From the human T2T-CHM13v2.0 reference genome, Homo sapiens, in the NCBI RefSeq assembly GCF_009914755.1, contig NC_060942.1: DNA of 64,000 bases. One strand, given 5' to 3'. A program made the translations under genes and the position numbers. Numbering within the stretch: position 1 is the first letter of the stretch; every line of letters starts with the position of its first letter. Shown one piece after another: positions 24,223 to 36,500 of this stretch. The notes under the pieces are model-generated. The model saw nothing but the letters and a program-made list of their open reading frames with translations, was not told the origin of the DNA and searched no databases.

Positions 24223-25799
24223 CAGTGCTGCCTCCTGCCTCTATGATCTGAACAAATTTTCTGTGGAGATCGAAGTTGGTAGGGGGCAGGGGGTGGCAGC
24301 CTGTGTTTTTGGTAGAATTTCAAGCACGTTTTACAGGAGGAGCTGACACTGTCGGGCCATTATCTTTCCTGAGCAATGACAGCAGCACCTCCTGGCCTTG
24401 GGTCTTATCATCATATTGTTCCCGAGTGTGGCTTTCAATGCAGCTAATTACATAGGTTGTTGTTTTCTTCCACAGAGTTTTCCAGCCTCTCCAGGGCAGA
24501 GGCTGTGTCTGGTGCATGTCCAGGCACTGCAGCGCCTGGCACACGGCACTGGGTAGGTGCTTAACACAACATGTGAACAAATATTTATTGAACTACATAA
24601 AGGTAAACCACTCCATTCACAGAAGAGAAATATCTCTGTTGAGAATGTCATGGATGCCACGTAATTGGGGAGCAAAAGGAAGCCCCAGTCACCCACAACC
24701 TTTCACAGCACACGGTGCAGGGCTGGACAGTGCAAATAACTTACAGGGGTTTCCTCATCAAATCCAAGGCCATTTCCCAGAACTGTGACAGTAGTGAAAT
24801 GGAATGTTACATTCACAGCACAAAATTGACAGAGACAGAAAGGACGTCTGCATTCCACTGTGGGTTTAAATGAAACGGTGAGATGCTCGGAGGAAGCGCC
24901 GGCTGCTTGCTGCATCAGGAACGTTTCGTAATAGCAAAGGCACTATCGGGAAGCGTTACGTAAGCTGTCCATTAAGGACACTGATTAGGAACGTTCAGAA
25001 ATATGAAAACCGCATAGCATTGTTTGCTGGCCTCAACCACATGCAGCTTGCTTTCAGCAAGAGGGAAGGAAGTGATCACAGAAGGTGCAGGTCACTGCTG
25101 GGATGCCCCCTGGGCTGAGATAACTGAACGTATGAAACTGCTCCCTTGCCAACAGCTCGGTAAGAACGCAAGTGCTCGCGTTACAAAAGAATTTGGCATG
25201 AAGAGCTGTTCGTCAGAGAGCCCACCAGAGTCGTGTATACGTTTGAATCCACTTCCAACGTTTTAATTTACACAAATTTCAGGAGCACACTATTAGCCGA
25301 GTGGAAGGTGGTCTTATCCTCTGCACCACACGTGGGTCCGAGACCCCAGAGCACAGTCGTCTCCCTCGCCAAGAATGCACTCGGCAGCCAGGGACTCGCA
25401 GAGTGAACGTGTGCGGGTTTCAGTGGACCGCTTCCCATCTGGAGCTCAAGTTAAGATGAGGAAGTAGAATCACAGTAAATGAGGAGTTAGGGAATTTAGG
25501 GTAGAGATTAAAGTAATGAACAGAGGAGGAGGCCTGAGACAGCTGCAGAGAGACCCTGTGTTCCCTGTGAGGTGAAGCGTCTGCTGTCAAAGCCGGTTGG
25601 CGCTGAGAAGAGGTACCGGGGGCAGCACCCGCCTCCTGGGAGAGGGATGGGCCTGCGGGCACCTGGGGGAACCGCACGGACACAGACGACACTATAAACG
25701 CGGGCGAGACATCAGGGACCGGGAAACAGAAGGACGCGCGTTTCGAGCAGCTGCCCAGTGGGCCACAAGCCCCGCCACGCCACAGCCTCTTCCCCTCAG

Positions 25800-25977
25800 C
25801 ACGCAGAGAGGGAGGCTGCAGATGCCAGAAACGGGCCCCTGTCTCCCATGAACAAGAAACAGAAAAAAAGGAAGAGAGCAGAGAGCCAGGCAGATGTTCA
25901 GGAGAATGAACGTGTCCGAAAGACAGACAGAAGCCCGGGGACTGACGTCCGTGGGAGCTCCTCCCGCACTGCAGAAG
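25800..25977 (+). other. Candidate non-coding internal exon (178 nt)
   Basis: Acceptor CCTCTTCCCCTCAG ending 25799; consensus donor AAG|GTGAGT at 25978; purine-rich body. Confidence 0.5.
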
Positions 25978-26044
25978 GTGAGTTCCTGGGTCCCCTCAGT
26001 ACCACGCACGGGGAAGGCAGCGGGCGGAGGTCGGGAGGGCTGAG

Positions 26045-26190
26045 GGACACAGGTTTCTCGGTGGGGTGGTGAAAATGCTTTAAAATGGATGTAGCAACGG
26101 CTGCACGCGCTGAATAAACTGAAAACCACTGAATGGTGCAACTTAAATGGGTGACTTGTATGGTGTCAATCCTATCTCGGAAAAGCTGCA
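26045..26190 (+). mobile_element. L1MB-type 3' end fragment
   Basis: GGTGGTGAAAATG...AAAACCACTGAATGGTGCAACTTAAATGGGTGACTTGTATGGT. Confidence 0.75.
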
Positions 26191-26477
26191 GAATATATCA
26201 TCTTATTTTGAAAATCAGCCAAGATATGAAAATTATAGTAAATGTCTAGAAGAAAATGACTAATTTGGAAAATACTAGTAAAGAAAGTAATTTGACATCT
26301 AAGTTTATGACAGTACCACCCACTTCCTCATTTCCACCTTCAGTGAACACTTGCGGACAGCATGCTTCAGAGCCCGGCCCATGCCAAGGCCCAAGGACAC
26401 AGATAAGAAGGTGCCCCTGCCCAAGAGGCTTAGCACCCAAGACAGATAAGCCAGTGGACACAGAGGCTTGCTATTCG

Positions 26478-26826
26478 TTTTCTTTTCTTCCTTTCTTTCC
26501 TTTTCTTTTTTCTTTTTAATTTTTTTCTTTTTTTTTTTGAGACAGGGTCTCTCTCTGTCACCCAGGATGATGTCCAGTGGTGTAATCACAGCTCACTGTA
26601 GCCTCCAACTCCTGGGGCTTAAGTGATCCTCCCACCTCAACCTCCCAAGTAGCTAATATTACAGGGATGTGCCATCACATTCAGCCAATTTTTCAATTTT
26701 TTTTTTTGTAGTGACAGAGTTGTGCTATATTGCCCAGGTTGGTCTTGAAATCCTGGGCTCAAACAATCCTCCTGCTTCAGCCTCCCAAAATGCTGGGATT
26801 ACAAGAAGGAGTCACTGTGCCTAGTC
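26478..26826 (-). mobile_element. AluJ
   Basis: T-rich tail then GAGACAGGGTCTCTCTCTGTCACCCAGG...TGCTGGGATTACA. Confidence 0.92.
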
Positions 26827-27197
26827 TATTTTTTTGAAGAAATAAAATTTCAATTGTAATGTTCACACCAAGGATTTTCCTCTAATAATACATTGGTTGG
26901 GATTCAGCAATGTCACCACAGTCAAGAAAGTGGGTCAAGATTTGTCTGTGAAGATGTTTATGGCAGAGTATTTTAAGATAGTTGAAAATTGGAGAAAACA
27001 TCAATGTCAAATAATAGAGTTTCAGTTAAAGTGTGGCAGCATCCCCAGGATGGAGATCTATTTAAAATGGTGTTGGAAAAAATGAAAAGTGTGTATTTCC
27101 TTTTGTGCAGTGTGTATACCCTGCCCAGTGTATATTTATGATGCGATTTTTGTATAATAAACCAAAATTTATTTTTACATAAAAAATGACCAAAGTA

Positions 27198-27497
27198 GGC
27201 CAGGCACAGTGGCTCATACCTGTAAGCCAGCAGTTTGGGAAGCTAAGGCAGAAGGATTGCTTGGGCCTAGGAGTTCAAGACCAGCCTGGGCAACATAGTG
27301 AGACTGTGTCTCCCCCAAAACTAACAAAACTCTCTGAGTGTGGTGGCACACCTGTGGTCCCAGCTAGTCAGGAGGCTGAGGTGGCAGGATCACTTGAACC
27401 CAGGAGGTGCTATGATCGTACCATTGCACTCTAGCCTGGGCCACAGAACAAGACCCTGTCTCAGAAAACAAAAACAAAAACAAAAACAACAAAAAAA
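27198..27497 (+). mobile_element. AluJ
   Basis: GGCCAGGCACAGTGGCTCA...(CAAAAA)n tail. Confidence 0.92.
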
Positions 27498-27715
27498 GAG
27501 ACCAAAGTGTTTCAGTGCCAAAATGTTAACAGGGATAAGTTTGGATGATGAAGATGGGAGTTAGAAGTGATTTATTATTTTCTTATTTGTGTTTTTCACA
27601 AAAAGTTCACACATTTTCTACAATGAGCATGCGTTACAGACAAAAAACATCTTAAAGTGTTTGTTCCTTTCCTAAAAGAGAAGCTACAGGAAGGTGCAGG
27701 CGCGTCACCTGGGAC

Positions 27716-27918
27716 CTGTGCCTCTGGGATGACCACAGTACAAGAGTGTGTGTGTGAGCGTGCACGTGTGTATGAGTGTGTCCATGTGTGCCTGGATGAA
27801 TGTGGGTATGAGTGTGTGGATGCATGTGCATGACTGTGGCAGTGTGTGAGTTGCACGGATTGCCAATGTGAGTGTGCACCTGTGTGAGTGTGATTGTGAG
27901 TGTGACAGTGAGTGTGTG
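27716..27918. repeat. TG-rich tract, paralogous to 30562-30873
   Basis: Shares non-simple strings TCCATGTGTGCCTGGATGAATGTGG and GTGAGTTGCACGGATTGCC. Confidence 0.9.
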
Positions 27919-28244
27919 ATTTAGAAAGGGGAGTCATGAGCATGAACGGGAGCGAGTCCCACCCTCTGTGGCCCTGTCCCCGCATCCTTGTATCCTTGAA
28001 GCCCATCACCAGTGCTTGCTTAGGACATCACAGTGCAGGGGTCCTGGGACCTGAGCATCTGGAAGGCCCAGCACCCTCAGTGTCTGCCTAAGTCTGCTGT
28101 CAACAACAATCAGAAGAAAGGGAACACGTGAAACATCCAAAGTTCAGAGATGGAGCAACAGGAACCATGAACAGGAAGGAGACGCACACGGTGAGGAACG
28201 CTGCGGCTTAGGGAGAGGAGAAGAGCACAGAGACGAGTTACGAG

Positions 28245-28769
28245 GAACACGCACGAGGCCCCGTCCCAGAGACATGGGACCAGTTTACAAGATGACAGCG
28301 GGAGGGAAACACATGCGAGGCCTGTCCACATCTGAGAGACACGGGACCGATTTACGGGATCACAGAGGGAGGGAAACACACTTGAGGCCTGTCCACGTCT
28401 GAGAGACATGGGACCGATTTACGGGATCACAGGAGGAGAAAAACACACACGAGGCCTGCCCACATCCGAGAGACACGGGACCGATTTACAGGATCACAGG
28501 GGGAGAAAAACACACTTGAGGCCTGTCCACATCTGAGAGACACAGGACTGATTTACGGGATCAGAGAGGGAGAGAAACACACTTGAGGCCTGTCCACGTC
28601 TGAGAGACACGGGACCAATTTACGGGATCACAGGGGGAGAAAAACACACACGAGGCCTGCCCACGTCCGAGAGACACGGGACCGATTTACGGGATCACAG
28701 GGGGAGAAAAACACACACGAGGCCTGCCCACGTCCGAGAGACACGGGACCGATTTACAGGATCACAGGG
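28245..28769. repeat. 67-bp minisatellite, ~7.7 copies
   Basis: GAGGCCTG recurs at 28317, 28384, 28451, 28518, 28585, 28652 and 28719. Confidence 0.97.
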
Positions 28770-28989
28770 AGAAGGAAATGGGTTGTACAAATCGCCTGTC
28801 AAGGGACGTGTTTCATCCGCATGCTGTGCAGGTGTGAACTGCCCTTGGGCAGGATGCCGCACTGCGTCCTCGCTGTAAGTTCAAGGTCCCATTTTCAAGA
28901 CTCAGTTTGCAGATGTGTTCAGTGTTTCAGCATTCTGGAAACATTCCAGATTGTGACAGGTTTTGCAAGCACCTAAAACAATGATGATC

Positions 28990-29105
28990 ATTGTTTGTCT
29001 GTTTGCCGTGAGCCAGACATGTCCTAGCGTTGTCTCATTTAATTAGTAAAACAGCGAAGTGCGTTCTGCTATTATAGACAAGGAAACTGAGGCACCACGC
29101 GTTAG
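28990..29105 (-). mobile_element. MIR fragment
   Basis: TATAGACAAGGAAACTGAGGCAC MIR core. Confidence 0.7.
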
Positions 29106-29429
29106 GACCTCGGTCCAGGGTACACAGACCTTCCCCACTCCAGGCTGACGGGGTTCATGCAGCACCACCACCCCCCCAGATTGGTGAACGTTAGCCAATA
29201 CTAAAAAAAACTTATTAAACAGACCACATTATTTGTTGTCTTTTTTGTGTGATATTGGCAGGTTTACTAGTTCAGATGCCTGATTCATTGTATTTTGATT
29301 TCTGAAAGTCTCCACTGACATCCTCCCAAACAAAATGGGAAATGAATCAGCAGGGTGGGCGTGGAGTCGCAGCTGGCGTCCAGGCAGTGCTCGGGGGCCT
29401 GGGCTTGCCGGTGTGACCCCTTTTTTTGG

Positions 29430-29900
29430 AAACATGAATTATGCTGATGACTTGGATGGCCCAGCTCGACTGAGCAGTTGTCCAATGGCTTCAGATGAGA
29501 AGGAAGCTAATAAGCTGCATAACAGAATTAAGATTCTGAAACATCTGACAAGGCTCATGAAAAAGTTTAACCTAATAAAAACTACCGAAATAAAATGTAC
29601 TAGGGACAAATTGTAATATACAAAACCTAGACTTTTAAAGAATCAAGTAACTGAAAATCATGGGGGAAAAAACCCAACAACTGCACAGACCTAGAGCTTT
29701 GACTAGCAAGCCAGGGCTGTCTGAAACGTGATGTGGTGCCTGGAAAGGCTGGTGAGCATTTTGATTGGATCAGTAGATATAGAGTCTGCAAAAGGGAGGT
29801 GATGGGCTGACTGCACTCTGCACGGTCACAGCCACCAGAGACTGGGTCAAGGTGCAGGGTCTGAAAGAGGCAGCCAGGGCTGAACTGGACCAAGAAGAAC
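29430..29900 (+). mobile_element. L3/CR1 LINE RT fossil
   Basis: TGCTGATGAC...CAGAATTAAGATTCTGAAACATCTGACAAGGCT...AGGGACAAATTGTAA resembles the CR1 RT region. Confidence 0.6.
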
Positions 29901-30561
29901 AGACCGAGGTCAGAGAATGCACAGCCTGAGAAACCCTTCAGACCCCCACGTCCAAACCACCAGCTGTAGGGCAACCCCTGCGTTCCAGCACAGACAGCGC
30001 AATCTGAGTTATCTCGTTTACTTTTCTAATGAGTGTATTTAACAGGGGCTTCTGAGATAAAGGGGTCCTGGCTGCTTCTGCCTCCTGCAGCTGCAAACGT
30101 CCACTGGATCCCCAGGGCAATGTCCCCAGGGGCAGATCTGTTCAGCCTCAAAGGCCTCCGCTAACCACCAGCTGCCCCCCCAAAAAGCAGCCTCTGCCCT
30201 TTCAGAGGCAGCAGTGCAGGCACCTCCTGCTCTGAATCCGGTAGATGTTTCCATGGAGAAGAGCCTCCCTTCCAAGACCTGGTGCTCCGGCTGGAGCTGG
30301 AGAGGAACATTTCCTTTTTGTGGATGCAAATGAGAAACATCCACTCACTAGAGGCTCCGCTGCGGCTCCAGGATCCATCCCACAGAAGCGTCCGGAGTCC
30401 TCACAGCTGGCGTCTCCTGGGGATCCGCTCAACGAGAAGTGCCTTGGCTGTTGACTGAAAACCCACAGTCCTGTCCTTCCAGAGTCTTGGGCCGGGTTCC
30501 TCGTCTCTTCCCCTGTACCCCAAAGGCTGCTTTGGAGTGGTCACAGCAGGCAGGAGGCAGC

Positions 30562-30873
30562 CCGTGCCTCTGGAATGACATTGAGAGTGTTTGTGTGTGA
30601 GTGTGCATGCGTGTGTGTATGAGTGTATCCATGTGTGCCTGGATGAATGTGGTTATGAGCGTGTGTATGCATGTACGTGAGTATGAATGACTGGGGTTAT
30701 GAGAGTATGTGAGTGTGCACCTGTGTGTGATTATGTGTGGCAGTGAGCGTGTGAGTTGCACGGATTGCCGATGTGTGTGCACCTGTGTGTGTGATTATGA
30801 GTGTGGCAGTGAGCGTATGAGTTGCACAGATTGCCGATGTGAGTGTGCACCTGTGTGAGTGTGAGCGTGTGTG
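30562..30873. repeat. TG-rich tract abutting CpG island 2
   Basis: Direct reading; internal ~64-bp duplication. Confidence 0.9.
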
Positions 30874-30879
30874 CCCCTG

Positions 30880-32310
30880 CCAGGGCGTGCGCTGGTGGGG
30901 GCGGTGTGCAGAGTGGGGCCTGGGCCTCCTGCCCCCAAGGGCAGCTGGGTGGGCTCCGTGCTCCCTCCGAGTGGACTTGGCCCCGGCTCCAAACCCAGCC
31001 GAGGGTCGGCTCGCTCCTGGGGACCCGCGGATGTCGCGAGGGGGCGCCGCGCCACTGAAGGCTGGGACGGGGGCGGTGCGCGGGGCGGCGCCGGAGTCCG
31101 GGATGCCGGCTCCAGAGACGCCGCGCTCCGCCCCGAGGAGGCCGCCGGCCGGGTAAGCGGAGCCCGGAGCTCGCGGAGTCTGGACCGCAGGTAAAGTTGA
31201 GCGCGCCGTGGGGCCGGGGGTGGGGGGTCCGCGGCGAAGGAGCCGGGGCCGCAGTGGGCGGTGGGGCGGGGGGCGCGGGCTCCTGTCTGATGGTTCCGCG
31301 CGCAGCTTCTTCTCCGGGTGCGCGGTGCGCGCGGGCGCGGGAGGGTCGAAGGGGACCTTGGAATCCCCCTGTTCGGGCCAAGGGGGCGGGGGCGGCTCGG
31401 GGCCGGGCGGGGCTGGTGCCTCCCCCTCCCGCTCAGCGCCCAGAGTCCGGGAGTCGAGGGGGGCGTCGGGCCGGAGGCGCTCGCCGGTCTGGCCGCGCCG
31501 CGCGCGTGGATGGAGGTCTCGGCCGCGGATCGCCCCGTCTATTCGCGCTGGTCCTGCGGGAGCCCGGGTGAGCCGAAGGCGAGGAAGGGGCGCGGGTCTC
31601 GGGAAAACCCGACTCTCCCGGCGCCCGCCCCGGTTCGGTTGGGGGCGCACCCGGCTCGCGCGGAGAGCGGGCGGGGTGTGGGCGAATGCTCGGCGCGCTG
31701 CGCCTTTCCCGGTCCCCCTTCTCCCCGGAGATGAACGCCCCACTCCCGCTCGGACACACGGCCGCACCCCTACTCTGCCTCCTCCGACCAGCCGGGGCGC
31801 GGCCCGAATTGGGGGAGAGAAGACCCAGCTCCCGCAGCCGCGAATTCTGCAAACCCGGAGCCCATGCGCCCCGTCCTCCGGCCCGGGGAGCTCCCAGCCT
31901 TGCCCGCCGAGCGCAGCCCGGGTCCGGACTGTGGTCACTGGGGACGAGAAGGGTCCCTCCTGCGGGGCTCCCGGGTTCGGATGGACGGAGGGGGCGTCCG
32001 GCAGGTGAACTGGGCCCGCTCCGCGTCCCGAACGTTCCCCTAAACCCACAAGTCCCGGAGACCCTGGGGCATTCTGCGATTTCGGAGTGACCGGTGGAGC
32101 CCCCGCCCGCGCGCCTGGCTCCCGGGGTCTCCCCACACAGCAGGGGCTGCGGGGACCCCCTCTGTCACCTCCTCCAAAGGGTCTGGGAGCAATTCGACCT
32201 GCCTGGAGAATTCCAGGAAGTCCTTTCCCTGCGGGAGCCTCATGGGTCCCCCCTTCTCTGCCTGCAGAGACCTCTGGCTTCCGCGTGCGCTCAAAGTGAG
32301 CGCCGGGCAG
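30880..32310 (+). promoter_or_regulatory. CpG island 2, probable + strand promoter
   Basis: Very dense CpG; CTCF-like TCGCGAGGGGGCGC at 31034-31047; GGGGCGG boxes ~31070 and ~31082; donors at 31153 and 31191. Confidence 0.85.
31090..31152 (+). other. Candidate short first exon (start approximate)
   Basis: Follows two GC boxes; ends CGG|GTAAGC; alternative donor CAG|GTAAAG at 31191. Confidence 0.45.
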
Positions 32311-35300
32311 ATTGTAAATAATGGATTTTGACCCAGCTGGGAGATCTCAGAGTGATTAAGTGGAGAGGCTGTTCCACCCTCAGCCCTGCCCAGGCAGCTG
32401 GGTGACCCCGCGGGCCACATGCCACAGGGGCACGGACTCAGCCCTGAGTGGTTTTCGTTCTGCTGAGAGTCCAGGAGGCTTCCCGAGACCCCAAGCAGAA
32501 CCGCGGAAGAGGGGACCCTCCTCCCCCACCCCTGTTCTCTGGGATGGTGCAGGGTACACAGCTGGCCTCTGAAGGTTCTTCCTTAGGAATTCCTAGTTAG
32601 AGGGATGGGATTGCCGGGCTTTCTTAGGGAATTTGGGGGGCATTGTGGTACATTCTGGGGATGAGGTCACCTTAGATGTCACATTCTCGGGACTATCCAC
32701 TGTTGCCACAAAGGGTTGCTGTGTCCGCATCTTCCCTGGGGAGAGGTGACAAAAACAACTTCCAGGTCTGTCCAAGGCCAGTGCCAGTTGTTAGATTCCA
32801 CTTTGCAAAAGTGTGTTTTAAATGTTGAGATTTCGATAATTTAAGGGAAAAATTGGTGTTTTTGTAGGCATGAGAAGAAAAGGAGGGAAGTGAGTTCTCA
32901 GCTGCCACAGGCAGGAGGCTGCTCAGCTTTCCCTTTTCAGCGCCTGGCTGAGCCCTGCTTGTGCCAGGCGCACAGGAAGTGTGTGGGGGGCGGGTGGCCG
33001 AGCTATGATTCGGGGTTTCTGCCCAGCGTGCGGCTGGGGCTGCATGGCTGTAGTCACAGGTGCAGGTGCCTCCACTCATGGGTCATGCTGGTAGGAACAG
33101 GCCGGTCAGAAACGATAGCGTGCTGGGTTTTGCCCTGGTGAAAAGCAGGTGCTTGGGTTCTGAATGTCTCGGGAGGATCTGCGCAGCTTTGTTGTTCTTT
33201 TGTCTGATGGTTGGGGGCTGCTTTTCTGGAAGAAGTGGGTCTCAGGCAGGCACCTGGAGGGCAGCGCGAACGGAGGGCTGTTTGTCGTGGGAGGCGCGTC
33301 TCTCTGCAGCCCTGGCAGGCGTGGGGGCGGGAGTGAAGGGAGCAGATGGGGCTGTGCCGACAGGCATGAGCTCTGGGGGCCGGGAGGGGTGGTAGGGCCT
33401 GCAGGACGAGGACACGCAGGGCATCCAGGGACGGCCACCTGTGTCTGAGTACTGCGCGCCTGTCCACGGATGGGTAATTTTGTAATGAATGGGGATATCT
33501 TAGGGCTAACGCTTGGTCAGGGATGTTCTTGGTGGTAAGGAAAGGAGCCATGGGGCCCTTGCTGCCAGTGAGGTCGCTCAGACACAAACGGGTGCTGCCA
33601 TCAGGTAGCCCAGCCGGTAGGCATGAGTCCAACGAGGGCGGGCATTGACCGAGGTAGTTTAAGACCCCCTTCCTCAGATGAGGCTTGGGAGGCAGGATCT
33701 CGGCCCCCTAAACCGGCTGAATCAGAGCCTGCCTCTGACGAGACATGTACCCCGCCTTCCCGTGTGGGAGGCACTCAGGGTCCTTGCTGGTGTCGGAGAA
33801 ACAGCACTGGCTCCTTCACAGCCGCGGCTTTCCGGCAGGAGCCTCAGCAGTTCCTTCCCCGGGCGGGCGGCGCTGAGCAGACGGGAGGTGGGCTGGTGCC
33901 TATGGTTGCAGTCGGCCTGGCGTGTCCTGCGGGCACCCGCAGGCTCTGCTCACCCACCGGCTGGTTTGTAGGGACAGGTCTGCTTGGGGAACCACAGCGA
34001 GGGGCACCCGAAGCAAATGTCAAGTCAAAATGGGTCCCCGGCGGGGCCAGGAGAACACCCAGACTCATGGAATTGCTAACAGAAATCTTATCAACAGCAG
34101 GTTCAGCCTTTTCACGTGATGGGAGACCATGCCAGGCAGCTGCCAACAGTCTGGCCACGAGGAGCTCCGTGCTGTTGAGGCACTGTGAACTATCAGACAG
34201 CCTCCCTCTGCAGACAGCCATGCGGATGTCCGGGGCGGCCAAGAGATGCCGGGCAGGGCTTTAACTGCTGGTCTCTGATCCCCGCCACGTCAGATGAGAG
34301 GGTTGAACTGAATGATGACGCCCTGACCTGTGTCAAAATCAGTAATACATTCCCTCAAAAAGAAACCATGCAGTATTTTAATTTGATTATGAGTTTAGAA
34401 AAAGGCTAATTGAAATGTAATATAAAAATAGCGCAGAAGACCTTTATGTTGCCTTTGTCAATTAAGGAAGCTGAGACTGTGTGAGAACCGGTACCTGTGA
34501 AGGCCTCAGGCCTCGCCAGCTCTGCGTCCTCCTCCCCCGAGGGGATCCTCACATCTCTTAGTCCAGCAGGTCCAGGTCCTCCATCCCTGCTGGGTTTCCT
34601 CAGCCGGGGCCTGTGGAGGGGCCACACCTGCCCCGCACTGCCCACCCTTCACCCAGGCCCGGCAAGGAGGGGACGCACATGCTGGGCCCGGGAGCCCTCC
34701 GAGGCAGTTCCCAGAGTTTAATGGCCTTCTGGATATTTTTAACCTTCTCAGATAGTTAAGCGATGGAGTTTAAATCTTATATTAGACGTGAGTAGTAAGC
34801 ACATGAAATCAAAGGCTAGAATTATGGGGCCCAGTGTAGCTTCAGAAACCTTCAGGCTGATCTGAATGTGGCAGCAGTTTTTACTAAATTCCAGCCCGAA
34901 GAGGCAAATGTATTCTTGCATAGGATTAGTGCAGTGGCAAAGGCTGTGTGGTCCTAGTTGTTCCTGGCTGAGCTCCTGGGTGCGGCACACAGAGGGGCTC
35001 CTGTGCCCCCAGCAGGGTGCTCTCACCCGTGTCCCCGCCCTCGCATGGAGGGATTCATTGCCCGCGTTTCTCATCACACTCATCACCTGGTTAATGGGAA
35101 GCCACTTAGCCAGGGACTCTGGGGACCCCTTCGCCAGGGGTCCCAGGTGGTGGGTCAGGGTGGGCCTGGAATTGATTCTTAGCACATATCCTACATGACG
35201 TTCATCTCTGAGAAGTTTTGGAAATGGTGATTTGTGGATGTGACTTGCGTTTTCATAGTGAGATGGAATAGACAGAAAATATGAGCATTTCATACACTGT

Positions 35301-35514
35301 GCAGTTAGTTTTGTGTGTTCCTGGTCACAGCATAAAATATTTTTCTCACTGTGGGTTTTAAAATCATGGAAAGAGCTGCCCAAATACAGACAGCTAAAGG
35401 GATCCTTTCACCTTTTCTCTACGGTTTAGAAATGTTCAAAAAGCACTTAGAAGACCAGGTGGACGCGGCTCATGGAGGGGCGTCTGGGGACCCTGGAGCA
35501 GTGAAGGTCGGCTC

Positions 35515-35660
35515 TCCCAGCCGTGCCGCTCCGGTCCGGAGAGCCTGGCCTCAACACCTGTCCCAGCCGTGCTGCTCTGGTCCGGAGAGCCTGGCCTTGA
35601 CACCTGTCCCAGCCGTGCCGCTCCGGTCCGGAGAGCCTGGCCTCGACATCTGTCCCAGCC
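35515..35660. repeat. 46-bp tandem repeat, ~3.2 copies
   Basis: TCCCAGCC at 35515, 35561, 35607 and 35653. Confidence 0.95.
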
Positions 35661-36059
35661 CGGCCGCTGCAGCATCGGCCCTAGTGGGGAAGGTCTGGCT
35701 GTAACTTCTTCACCCACAGCTAAGCAGACACTTGGCTGGCTCCCCTGCCTTCCTTCTCCAGCTCAGGTTCACACCCCAAGGACACCCTTCCTGGCACTGA
35801 CCCCTGTGTGCACACCTGAGCCACCCCCAACCTGGCAGATAACAGATTCTGAGCGTACAGTGGTTCTAGCGTGCATCTGTTACAGCTGGGAGGAGAGTTC
35901 CTGGCTTTTTTTTTTTTCCTGTTCTTTTGGAGGGGATGTCTTTGTGTGCAGATTAACAGGAAAAAATTCTATGACAAGTTTTATATCGGTACATTTTATT
36001 TAACATCATAGCAATTGATGCAATGGAGTGAAAATGCTTTGATGAAATAAAATGCATTA

Positions 36060-36389
<330 letters not shown>

Positions 36390-36500
36390 TCACCTCTGTA
36401 GTCACAGGGCAGGGCCAGCCCCCTCATCTCCAGGCCCCCAGCTCTTTCACCTCTGTAGTCACAGGGCAGGGCCAGCCCCCTCACCTCTAGGCCTCCAGTT
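36390..36500. repeat. 57-bp tandem duplication
   Basis: TCACCTCTGTAGTCACAGGGCAGGGCCAGCCCCCTCA twice. Confidence 0.92.

Larger units (their letters stand above)
21600..27465 (+). ncRNA. Putative spliced lncRNA (would be LINC03014 if the recalled placement holds)
   Basis: Starts in CpG island 1; internal exon candidate 25800-25977; acceptor TTTCCTTTTGTGCAG ending 27110; no credible ORF. End points rely partly on unverified recollection. Confidence 0.4.

Noticed and set aside
26478-27497. Oppositely oriented Alu pair as a dsRNA element
   Set aside because: Both are old, diverged AluJ copies; the arrangement is common genome-wide
30697-32136. 479-aa and 266-aa ORFs over CpG island 2
   Set aside because: Arg/Pro/Gly/Ala-rich, overlapping on both strands; expected from stop-codon scarcity in GC-rich DNA
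33054-34264. 192-213-aa ORFs downstream of island 2
   Set aside because: No recognisable domain, overlapping antisense ORFs of similar length, no convincing splice context
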